A stretch of DNA of 64,000 nucleotides from Minisyncoccia bacterium (GCA_038207395.1 JBBQZW010000003.1:18131-82130); one strand, 5' to 3'. Counted from the first letter of the stretch, positions 30,187 to 37,559 are shown. Made by a program: numbers and translations. Notes: a model not told the origin generated them from the sequence alone.

Positions 30187-31097
30187 TATGCTCTTTCTGG
30201 GTAATTCCTCAAATCGAGAGATTCAGCAGTTTCTACTGAGTCGATATAAATCTCAGTCATTCGTCGTTTAAGCTGTTGTAGGTTCTCGTTCTTTTTGTGA
30301 AAGTCAAAAGAATCTTCAATTGAGTTAGGTGCAGTGAAAACTATAAACGGTGAATTGAGAGCTACGAATCCGCCTTTCAACTGAAGATTAAAAGGGTAGC
30401 GATCAGCGATTTGCAGTAGTTGTGCAAAGGGAACGTTTCCTTCTCGGAAGTCGTCAAACAAAAGACATTCGTCTTGTTGATACCCTGTACCTGGCCAGTG
30501 ACCATCTGATACGGAACAGATTTCAGTAAAGTTTCTGTATACAAGTGAGGTTTTTCCGACGCCTGTATTTCCATATATCCAAAATACCTTGGGTGGTATG
30601 TTTTGGTCGCGATGTCTTAAATAAATTGGCTGAAGACACTGGGCATAGCGAAGTTGCTGTTGGTTGTTTGCAAACTCATCAATAATTTTATTGAGATCTT
30701 TAGGATTTGCTTTAATAGCTTCTTTGATTTCGCTCATGTCAGTACGAGAACCTTGTTTGCTGGGTTCCCCAAACACAAAGAAGTTTCCATCCTTTTGCGT
30801 ATACGTCTCATTTGTTTCAACACTGCCATTTGCTTTTTCTACATGGAACTTGAGTAGCTCTCCATTTCGAGTGAAGTTTAAATATTTTTGTAGATATGGA
30901 ATACGCTGAGCATTCTTAAGTTCAATATATCCCTGAATGTGAGGAGTTCCGTTTTCTTCACCAATCTCCAAACCGTAGCTAATGTAGTAATGATTTTCTA
31001 ATAAAGCGGCAAGAACGTGTAATCTCTCCAAGTCCTCCTGGGAGTAATTGTTGATAGTAAAACAGTATCTACGGCTTTTAATCTGTTTCTTCTCCAT
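30186..31097 (-). CDS. rep: rolling-circle replication initiator Rep, CRESS-DNA-virus type (HUH endonuclease + SF3 helicase)
   Basis: Motif I CFTINNY, motif II PHIQGYIEL, motif III YTQKDG, Walker A GNTGVGKTS, Walker B LLFDDF, motif C FTAPNS. ATG at 31097; an upstream TTG at 31112 gives the track ORF. Confidence 0.85.
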   Translation of the reverse strand: MEKKQIKSRRYCFTINNYSQEDLERLHVLAALLENHYYISYGLEIGEENGTPHIQGYIELKNAQRIPYLQKYLNFTRNGELLKFHVEKANGSVETNETYTQKDGNFFVFGEPSKQGSRTDMSEIKEAIKANPKDLNKIIDEFANNQQQLRYAQCLQPIYLRHRDQNIPPKVFWIYGNTGVGKTSLVYRNFTEICSVSDGHWPGTGYQQDECLLFDDFREGNVPFAQLLQIADRYPFNLQLKGGFVALNSPFIVFTAPNSIEDSFDFHKKNENLQQLKRRMTEIYIDSVETAESLDLRNYPERA

Positions 31098-31119
31098 ATT
31101 AATTTTGTCCAAATGTCCC

Positions 31120-31149
31120 GAAGTCGGGGGTAATACTATCCCCGACTTC
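31120..31149 (-). other. origin-like stem-loop: 10-bp GC-rich stem with nonanucleotide TAGTATTAC in the loop (minus strand), 23 nt upstream of Rep
   Basis: Plus strand: gaagtcgggg-gtaatactat-ccccgacttc. Minus strand reads GAAGTCGGGG-ATAGTATTAC-CCCCGACTTC. The loop contains the NAGTATTAC nick motif of circo- and nanovirus origins. CCCGAC-containing direct repeats flank it. Confidence 0.6.
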
Positions 31150-31357
31150 CGTGGCGCGGTGCCGGACTAAAGTCCCGACACTCGCCCCGTCCCCAAACAA
31201 GCATCGAATGAGCGAAGCAAGGTGCAGTTGAGCATCATCCGCAGAAACGGCCACGCCTTGGGTGGCGGCCATTTCTGCCTGATACTCCTGAATTAGTGCC
31301 GTACTAAAATGCATTAGCCCACCCTATAAAAAAGGAGAGTGAGTATGGGTGAGAGGT

Positions 31358-32224
31358 TTAGTGAGGATGCTCTAAGTACCGTTCGTGCACGGCGAGGTGG
31401 TCAGCATGAACGCTGAATATTTGAGAGAGTCGTGGGTGCTTTTTAACAAAGCGATTGAGAGCATCTTTATACGATATCTTCTCCGCTTTCATTTTGTTTT
31501 GCTCAAACTCCGGTATGTCGGTATAGTCTATTCTGTTTTCACTGAACTGGTTGAATAGAGCCTTGAGCGCAAAGTGTTCCTTGTTGGGTTTGTTTTGATA
31601 TCCAACTGATACAGTTTGATCATCAAAGTGGAATTCATACCTTTCAGGGTCATACCAAATACCGGCATCTTTAACATCTTCAAAAGAAATGCCGTTATTC
31701 ATTTTCTCTAGTAATCGCTCAATACTTCTAAAGGGCGAAAGGACAATGGTTGCTACAACCTCAGGAGGGTTTCCTTTTATCGCATCTCTCGCGGCATCAA
31801 GAACATCTTTTATATTCATGTCGTTCTCTAAGAAGACTTCTTTAGGAATGAATATGTTTGCGGGTATCGTTTTCTCAATCATGTCTGTACCAGCTAAGTT
31901 TAGTGCTTCAACAAAGTCAGTTGTATCTAGATTCGCAAGTTCATTGAGAACTTTTTCATAGTTTTCATCAGCTAGAAACTTCTGAATCTCAGGGTGAGCT
32001 TTCTGTTCGAATACATAGAAGCCAACGAGATATCCTTTGCTATCAAGTTGGGTAAGGGTGTTCAAAAATACAGGAACGGTTAGAGCGGACAAGTTGATAT
32101 GCTCGTACGTGATTCGGAGCGTATGCTGCTCTTCATCCTTAAGATGGGGTACTTGTTTCCGTGCATGGAAAAGAAGCCTTAAGACGTTGAGGACAGCTAG
32201 TATGTTCTGCTCACGAGGGGTCAT
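31358..32224 (-). CDS. hypothetical protein of the mobile element (288 aa)
   Basis: No recognisable motif and no Arg-rich capsid-like N-terminus. AT-rich like Rep. Confidence 0.5.
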   Translation of the reverse strand: MTPREQNILAVLNVLRLLFHARKQVPHLKDEEQHTLRITYEHINLSALTVPVFLNTLTQLDSKGYLVGFYVFEQKAHPEIQKFLADENYEKVLNELANLDTTDFVEALNLAGTDMIEKTIPANIFIPKEVFLENDMNIKDVLDAARDAIKGNPPEVVATIVLSPFRSIERLLEKMNNGISFEDVKDAGIWYDPERYEFHFDDQTVSVGYQNKPNKEHFALKALFNQFSENRIDYTDIPEFEQNKMKAEKISYKDALNRFVKKHPRLSQIFSVHADHLAVHERYLEHPH

Positions 32225-32248
32225 ATGGGGATATTGTATAGTTATTGC

Positions 32249-33028
32249 ATGAGTTTAGAAGGACCACCACGCAAAAAGAAAACTTTCTATGAAATTCTAG
32301 GAGTAGGCGCTGATGCTTCTGATAAAGAGATTAGTGAATCTTTTAGAGAGCTTTCAAAGAAGTTTCATCCTGATAATCAGGAAAGTGGAGATGAGGAAAA
32401 GTACAAGAAAATCTCTGAGGCGTATACCGCTTTAAAAAAACCAGAATCAAGAGACAAATACGATACTCAACGAGGTCATAGTTCTGCATCAGCTAGCCCG
32501 GGAGCTACACGCCCTACATATGAGGCACGAAAACCACGGGTTATTAATCTCACGATTGAGACTAATAATGGTAAAGCCTTTATAACCAAAGAGGGTAAGC
32601 GAATTTCTAAAGAGTATGACGCAATACAAAAAGCAAAAGAAGGTATTGCTGATTTTTATATCGGTATTCTACCGAACCAAGTAGATATTTTTAATCCAAA
32701 TGGAATGTTTGATATTGTTGAAGCAAGTTATAAATCCATTGAATACAAAAATGGAATTCTGGTTGGTAAAAGCCTTTATGGGAATAGTGAAAGCCTCTTG
32801 AGTTTAAAGAGTGGAAAAGAAGTCATTGGAGGTTACACAGAGTTCAATCTAATCGACGGCCATATTGTCGGAACTAATATGTACGGCACGGGAGTTGATG
32901 TAATTGATTCTAAGACCGGATTACCCATCTCGCATAATTTTAAGACGATTGAGATAGAGGACGGCAAGCTAGTTGCAACAAGTTGGGACGGGAAGAAAGG
33001 CAGGGTTTCCGTTGAGAAAAAGAAATAA
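32249..33028 (+). CDS. J-domain (DnaJ-like) protein with C-terminal glycine-rich repeat domain
   Basis: TFYEILGVGADASDKEISESFRELSKKFHPDN is a canonical J-domain with HPD. C-terminal repeats YKNGILVGKSLYGN / LIDGHIVGTNMYGTG. ATG at 32249 preferred over 32225. Confidence 0.7.
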   Translation: MSLEGPPRKKKTFYEILGVGADASDKEISESFRELSKKFHPDNQESGDEEKYKKISEAYTALKKPESRDKYDTQRGHSSASASPGATRPTYEARKPRVINLTIETNNGKAFITKEGKRISKEYDAIQKAKEGIADFYIGILPNQVDIFNPNGMFDIVEASYKSIEYKNGILVGKSLYGNSESLLSLKSGKEVIGGYTEFNLIDGHIVGTNMYGTGVDVIDSKTGLPISHNFKTIEIEDGKLVATSWDGKKGRVSVEKKK

Positions 33029-33045
33029 TCCCTTTTCAATATACC

Positions 33046-33074
33046 CTTGACATATTCATGTAAAGGGTATATAA
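33046..33074 (+). promoter_or_regulatory. consensus sigma-70 promoter (TTGACA-17-TATAAT) embedded in a 9-bp inverted repeat
   Basis: cccTTGACAtattcatgtaaagggtaTATAATc, with tataccctt...aagggtata arms. An RBS GGGAGA precedes the ATG at 33108. Confidence 0.5.
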
Positions 33075-33107
33075 TCTTTACAAGTTCATTCAATTGGGAG
33101 AATTACA

Positions 33108-33356
33108 ATGACTCAGGCAAGTTTTGTGCTGGAAGACATCGGTTCGGAAAATCGAACCTATGAATTCAGTCAGGACATCGATTTCGCGCCTTACAATGGT
33201 ATGAAGATCGATCTCGGCAATGCTCCGCCCTGCTACGTGCACTCAGCTGTGTACAGGCTGGACGAGCGGAGCTGGAACGTTCGCCTCAAGCCACGGCACA
33301 ATGAGCAAAAGCCCGAGCCTGGAGAGCTTGAGCGGCTCGGGTGGAAGACCTATTAG
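33108..33356 (+). CDS. hypothetical small protein (82 aa), GC-rich cassette-like gene
   Basis: ORF with RBS. GC content is clearly higher than the flanks. A hairpin terminator follows at 33362-33389. Confidence 0.45.
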   Translation: MTQASFVLEDIGSENRTYEFSQDIDFAPYNGMKIDLGNAPPCYVHSAVYRLDERSWNVRLKPRHNEQKPEPGELERLGWKTY

Positions 33357-33401
33357 CTCGAAGCCCCGCTGCAGAAATGTGGCGGGGCTAATTCATTAAT
33401 A

Positions 33402-33430
33402 GAGTTCTAACATCGACCCAGACAGCCAGC
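33402..33430 (+). repeat. copy A of the 28-bp repeat
   Basis: gAGTTCTAACaTCGACCCAGACAGCCAGC. Confidence 0.7.
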
Positions 33431-33529
33431 ACCAAACCACAAAGCCCCATATGTACGTGCTAAAAGAAAGAGGCGGCCCGAAGGTCGCCTCTTTGCGCAA
33501 ATTATCCGGTGCGCATTATTTCGGAATGG

Positions 33530-33865
33530 TCAGGCTTTGAAATATTTGCCTTGCGCACGGGCTTCTCCCCTGGTCTTCCACCCATCTTCACGAAATCCAT
33601 CGTAGTCGTGAGCATACACGTAGAAGTAAAGGGTGATGTTCGGGGTCCCGTCCTCATGGCGCCAGTGGAAAATCTGCGAGACCTCATCTGCCATATCGTC
33701 GCCGAGCTGGAACATTTCGGCTTCGCGAGGAAGAACTGGCCACTCAAACTCCTTGAAAATTGGCTCGAGATCGAGCTTTTCTTTGTCCTCGCAGAATTTT
33801 TCTCCAATACGAACACAAGCTACAAACTTGATCATGTAATCCTCCATCAAAAGAGCTGGGTACAT
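33530..33865 (-). CDS. hypothetical protein (111 aa; may start at the internal Met near 33835)
   Basis: GGAGG RBS upstream of ATG at 33865. A hairpin terminator lies downstream at 33466-33495. Confidence 0.45.
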   Translation of the reverse strand: MYPALLMEDYMIKFVACVRIGEKFCEDKEKLDLEPIFKEFEWPVLPREAEMFQLGDDMADEVSQIFHWRHEDGTPNITLYFYVYAHDYDGFREDGWKTRGEARAQGKYFKA

Positions 33866-33899
33866 ATTACGTCATTAAACATATATTGTCAAGTATAAA

Positions 33900-33927
33900 A
33901 AGTTCTAACGTCGACCCAGACAGCCAC
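33900..33927 (+). repeat. copy B of the 28-bp repeat
   Basis: tataaaAAGTTCTAACGTCGACCCAGACAGCCAcg. Flanked by TTGTCAAGTATA and CTTGACTTATAC. Confidence 0.7.
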
Positions 33928-34020
33928 GGATAAGAAACTTGACTTATACTATATTTCATGCCATCTTATATACAGCGAATTTAAGGAATAAGTTAACCCT
34001 TTCACCTTACGGAGGTCTTT

Positions 34021-34206
34021 ATGCCCGAAGTTCAGAACACTCGCATGTGCGCGACCCCTACTTGCCGCACTCCGGTTACCAACCCGCAGTCAGGTTACTG
34101 CGATTCATGTCTTGAGTTCGATCAGCTGACTTACGACCTTGAAACAGCTCGTTTCCAGCAAGAGCTGGCCGATGAGGATCTTCAACGTTTAATGCAAGGG
34201 GATTAG
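34021..34206 (+). CDS. small zinc-ribbon protein (61 aa)
   Basis: CATPTCRTP...CDSC (two CxxC pairs). A GGAGG RBS lies 7 nt upstream. Confidence 0.45.
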   Translation: MPEVQNTRMCATPTCRTPVTNPQSGYCDSCLEFDQLTYDLETARFQQELADEDLQRLMQGD

Positions 34207-34270
34207 CGGTGCGAATGGAACCCGATCACGCTTTTGGCGAGGTCGGGTTTTCTCTATTTAGAGGTATAAA

Positions 34271-34296
34271 AAGTTCTAACGTCGACCTAAACAGCC
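34271..34296 (+). repeat. copy C of the 28-bp repeat (diverged tail)
   Basis: tataaaAAGTTCTAACGTCGACCtAaACAGCC. Confidence 0.65.
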
Positions 34297-34344
34297 TTGA
34301 AGTAAGAAATTCAAAAGGGAGACCATTGCTGGTCTCCCTTGGGT

Positions 34345-34605
34345 TCAGGAACGAACCCGATTTGCTCCTTCTCCTTCCGCGCCGGTTCCAGCTAGAGCGA
34401 AGATCCATGCCATGACACACAGAACGGGATTTGTGTGCCAGTAGTAGGTTGTCCCGAGGAATGCGGCAAGTAGGCGTGGACAGAAGAGCCACGCCAACCA
34501 GCTCAAGATGCCGAACGGTGTCACCACCGCAAACAGCATCGTGAGACGCGGACAGAAGAGCAGAAAGAATAGAAAGAGCCAGCCGTGGTTTGCCCAGAAG
34601 TCCAT
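34345..34605 (-). CDS. small hydrophobic membrane protein (86 aa)
   Basis: Strongly hydrophobic. RBS GGAGG before the ATG at 34605. Bidirectional hairpin gggagaccattgctggtctccc at 34318-34339. Confidence 0.4.
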   Translation of the reverse strand: MDFWANHGWLFLFFLLFCPRLTMLFAVVTPFGILSWLAWLFCPRLLAAFLGTTYYWHTNPVLCVMAWIFALAGTGAEGEGANRVRS

Positions 34606-34676
34606 GTGAAATCCTCCCTGAATAGGCGATAGCTGAGACTATATTAGCATCATTCATAGTACTTGTCAAGTATAAA

Positions 34677-34705
34677 AAGTTCTAACGTCGACCCAGACAG
34701 CCAGC
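34677..34705 (+). repeat. copy D of the 28-bp repeat
   Basis: cttgtcaagtataaaAAGTTCTAACGTCGACCCAGACAGCCAGC. Confidence 0.7.
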
Positions 34706-34731
34706 GAAAAGTATTTATTCTTGTTAATATT

Positions 34732-35124
34732 ATGTTGATGACAGAAAGTAATGTGCAGGACCAAAAACAAATGACACTTTGGGCAGCCGAATGTGCTGAA
34801 CACGTACTTTCATACTTTGAACAGGAACGGCCTGGAGACATGAGGCCGCGATTAGCGATAGAAGCAGCGCGCGCGTGGGTAAAGGGTGAACTAAAAGTTA
34901 GCGAGGCTAGGACTGCTGCGTTTGATGCTCATGACGCAGCACGCGAGGTAAAAACAGACGCAGCTATCGCTGCGGCGCGTGCAGCAGGCCACGCTGCAGC
35001 TACGGTCCATGTCATAACTCATGCTCCGCACGCGGCAGAGTATGCCGTGAAGGCTGCCGAAGCCGCGAGTATTACAGGTGAACGTAAGTGGCAAAAGACG
35101 CGCGATCAGGTATCAAGAATGTAA
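34732..35124 (+). CDS. hypothetical Ala-rich protein (about 131 aa)
   Basis: Start chosen at the internal ATG (MLMTESNVQDQKQ...) of ORF 34663..35124, because the upstream part overlaps repeat copy D. Confidence 0.4.
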   Translation: MLMTESNVQDQKQMTLWAAECAEHVLSYFEQERPGDMRPRLAIEAARAWVKGELKVSEARTAAFDAHDAAREVKTDAAIAAARAAGHAAATVHVITHAPHAAEYAVKAAEAASITGERKWQKTRDQVSRM

Positions 35125-35125
35125 T

Positions 35126-35154
35126 AAGTTCTAACGTCGACCCAGACAGCCAGC
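35126..35154 (+). repeat. copy E of the 28-bp repeat
   Basis: gtaatAAGTTCTAACGTCGACCCAGACAGCCAGC, directly after the stop codon. Confidence 0.7.
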
Positions 35155-35704
35155 AATGTTTTAAAATAAAATTCAAACAGTGAAAAAGAACGCTACTTTA
35201 GAACCGATAATATAAAAAGGTCCGTGACTTTCGCCACGGACCCTAAAAAGTGCAGATACTTTACTCAATCGCCTGCGCTAAAGACTCGCTTTCGCTGCGC
35301 CTACACCTAACGGCTTAAGCTTGCAAAGATCTGCTGGGACAGCATTTAGGCTTGGAAGATTCCGAGTGACCAATTAGGCATGGTTTCAGATCTCCCTTGT
35401 TCGACTCTTACGAGCTCCTCGGCTCAAATGAATGGCTTTGGAATATGAGCTCTGCCGAGGCTCACACCTACTCTGTAGCTTTCGCCTCATCCACATGCGC
35501 AGTATCCTGCTCATGTTTGCGGGTACGGGACGGAGCCCTTATGGAGGACCCTCCTCTATGGATTTCCCCTGGATTATCGATATGCTAAAGGCCTGGACCG
35601 GTTTCAATATACGGCACTTACTCCCGGTATCTCGGTTGATGTCCACGCTGTCCAGTATTAAGAATACTTCGACTCTAACAGCTGTCAATGTGAGGATGTG
35701 AGGA

Positions 35705-35732
35705 AAGTTCCAACGTTGTCCCAGACAGCCAG
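35705..35732 (+). repeat. copy F of the 28-bp repeat (most diverged)
   Basis: AAGTTCcAACGTtGtCCCAGACAGCCAG. Confidence 0.6.
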
Positions 35733-35740
35733 TGCCACTC

Positions 35741-36115
35741 CTAAATCTTTCGTGCTCCTGTAGGAAAGGTTGTTATCCGTCGAGTAATTAATCCTGTAGC
35801 TCCAAAGTAAAAGTATTCTTGAAATTGAACATCCACCGACTCGCCGTTTTTAAGTGAGCCAGAAAATCTTCCCGTTGTTGATACTGCGTTTGGCAGCGTT
35901 GTTACAAGAATATCGGTATGCGTTCCATGCGCGATTATCCTTTCTTCACTATAGAATTTTTTAAACGCAGTCATTCCTTGGAGTGGAGTAGTGCCATCCC
36001 GCAAGTATTCGATCTCATTATCAAATAATGCATAGAGTGATTTGTAATCACCTTCGTCAATATACCGGTAGTAGTTCAGTACGGCTTCTTTCCACAAAGT
36101 GGCCTGCTCGCTCAT
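35741..36115 (-). CDS. NTF2-like / SnoaL-like superfamily protein
   Basis: MSEQATLWKEAVLNYYRYIDEGDYKSLYALFDNEIEYLRDGTTPLQGMTAFKKFY is a typical SnoaL-like N-terminus. Confidence 0.5.
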   Translation of the reverse strand: MSEQATLWKEAVLNYYRYIDEGDYKSLYALFDNEIEYLRDGTTPLQGMTAFKKFYSEERIIAHGTHTDILVTTLPNAVSTTGRFSGSLKNGESVDVQFQEYFYFGATGLITRRITTFPTGARKI

Positions 36116-36200
36116 AGATATAGTATATAACCTCTAGGGCAGAGCTTTTATGTGATATCCGTAGCCCTACTTTGTTAGTAATGCACTATACTTACTCACA

Positions 36201-36404
36201 ATGAGCACCGAGACCCATTTTATAAACGAGCTTGGCAACACTATTCATATTCAAGTTGAGGAACAAGAAATACAGGATCATCCAGGCATCCTGATTACTA
36301 TTACAGGGCCCGACTCTACCTCTACTAACCACATTACGTGCGAAGAAGCTGAGGTTTTGCAGGGACTGCTTTCTAAAACACTACATATCAGTAACTCAGA
36401 CTAG
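36201..36404 (+). CDS. hypothetical small protein (67 aa)
   Basis: ORF only. Confidence 0.3.
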   Translation: MSTETHFINELGNTIHIQVEEQEIQDHPGILITITGPDSTSTNHITCEEAEVLQGLLSKTLHISNSD

Positions 36405-36446
36405 TTAGAGTAGTTTGGTTTCGCATTCGTTTGCTAGAATAGGGGA

Positions 36447-37559
36447 ATGAAAGTTACAGGAGACAAGATCTTTGCGAGTATTGTACTCATCTTAGTGATT
36501 GGAGGTATTGCGCTCTTTTCCTCAGCGGCGCTTGGGCTTCTTGCACGTGTTGATGGCTCTCCCTGGAGGCTTGTTATTTCTCAAATCGGTCTTGGGCTTA
36601 TCCCCGGCTTTATACTCCTCACCGCTTTTCGTTTTCTACCTCAGAAACGACTCGCTCAATTCATTACACCTTTTTACGTAGTGACTATTATCCTTACGCT
36701 CATTGTCTTTATTCCGCATATCGGCCTTACCTTAAACGGTGCACGGCGATGGATTAATCTCGGGTTTACTACCTTTCAGCCAAGCGAGTTCCTAAAGCTC
36801 AGTGTTGTGCTCATGCTTGCAGCGTACCTCGCTCATGCAAAAGGAAAGATCAAAGAAATTCGCACAGGACTTGTACCATTTGGGGTCATTGTTGGGATTC
36901 CGTGTGCGCTACTTCTTTTTCAGCCAAATACTTCAACGGTATTAATTATTGGCTTAACCTCGGCAACCATGTACTTCCTTGCAGGAGCACCGTGGCGGGA
37001 CTTTGCCATCATGGCAGTTGCGAGTGTTGCGTTACTTGTTGTGCTCGTTATCGCGCGCCCGTATCTTATGGAGCGCGTTACCACGTTCATAAATCCTAAA
37101 AACAATGCGCAAACAAGCGGGTACCACATTCAGCAGTCACTTATCGCTATTGGATCTGGAAAAATAACGGGCCGGGGGTTTGGACAAAGTGTACAGAAGT
37201 TTAATTACCTTCCGGAAGCTGAAAGCGACTCAGTATTCGCCGTATACGGAGAAGAGTTTGGATTCTTAGGTACCGTTCTGCTGGTTATGCTTTTCATTGC
37301 CTTTGCGTTGCGAGGACTTATTATTGCCGGTGAGTCGTCTTCACTATTTGGTTCATACGCAGTTACCGGTCTGACCCTTTTGATTACGTTCTCGGCATTT
37401 ATGAATATTGGGGCATTGCTTGGCATTCTCCCCTTAACCGGACTTCCGCTCCCATTCATTAGTCACGGAGGAACGGCACTTATGGCCGCTCTTATGGCTG
37501 TGGGAATAATTCTCAACATCGCTGCACATCGAACAAAGCGAAAAACTCAGCTGGCATAA
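36447..37559 (+). CDS. ftsW: SEDS-family peptidoglycan glycosyltransferase FtsW/RodA
   Basis: Ten-TM profile, GFGQSVQKFNYLPEAESDSVFAVYGEEFGFLG and PFISHGGTALMA motifs. Confidence 0.9.
   Translation: MKVTGDKIFASIVLILVIGGIALFSSAALGLLARVDGSPWRLVISQIGLGLIPGFILLTAFRFLPQKRLAQFITPFYVVTIILTLIVFIPHIGLTLNGARRWINLGFTTFQPSEFLKLSVVLMLAAYLAHAKGKIKEIRTGLVPFGVIVGIPCALLLFQPNTSTVLIIGLTSATMYFLAGAPWRDFAIMAVASVALLVVLVIARPYLMERVTTFINPKNNAQTSGYHIQQSLIAIGSGKITGRGFGQSVQKFNYLPEAESDSVFAVYGEEFGFLGTVLLVMLFIAFALRGLIIAGESSSLFGSYAVTGLTLLITFSAFMNIGALLGILPLTGLPLPFISHGGTALMAALMAVGIILNIAAHRTKRKTQLA

Noticed and set aside
30186-31112. TTG start for Rep at 31112 (track ORF, 308 aa)
   Set aside because: The in-frame ATG at 31097 gives the typical Rep N-terminus (MEKKQIKSRRYCFTINN), with motif I starting about 11 residues in. 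The TTG extension is unnecessary.
31099-31314. 71-aa minus-strand ORF overlapping the origin stem-loop
   Set aside because: It lies in the GC-rich structured intergenic region containing the TAGTATTAC hairpin and iteron-like repeats. It is most likely a non-coding origin region.
32225-32248. ATG at 32225 as the J-domain protein start
   Set aside because: It would begin directly adjacent to the divergent ORF start at 32224, leaving no promoter space. The ATG at 32249 lies closer to the J-domain start.
35397-35701. ORFs 35397..35588 and 35432..35701 in the E-F interval
   Set aside because: They overlap in different frames, are low-complexity, and lack an RBS. The region is more plausibly non-coding or a pseudogene.
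33402-35732. CRISPR array hypothesis for the 28-bp direct repeats
   Set aside because: Repeat spacing is 370-580 bp and irregular, and the intervals hold full ORFs with RBSs and terminators. No cas genes are present. The repeat length is CRISPR-like but the architecture is not.
28685-35732. Classical integron (IntI + attI + attC cassettes)
   Set aside because: No tyrosine-recombinase IntI gene is present. The repeat lacks the clear GTTRRRY/RYYYAAC palindromic pair by eye. Cassette ORFs alternate orientation. Kept only as an analogy.
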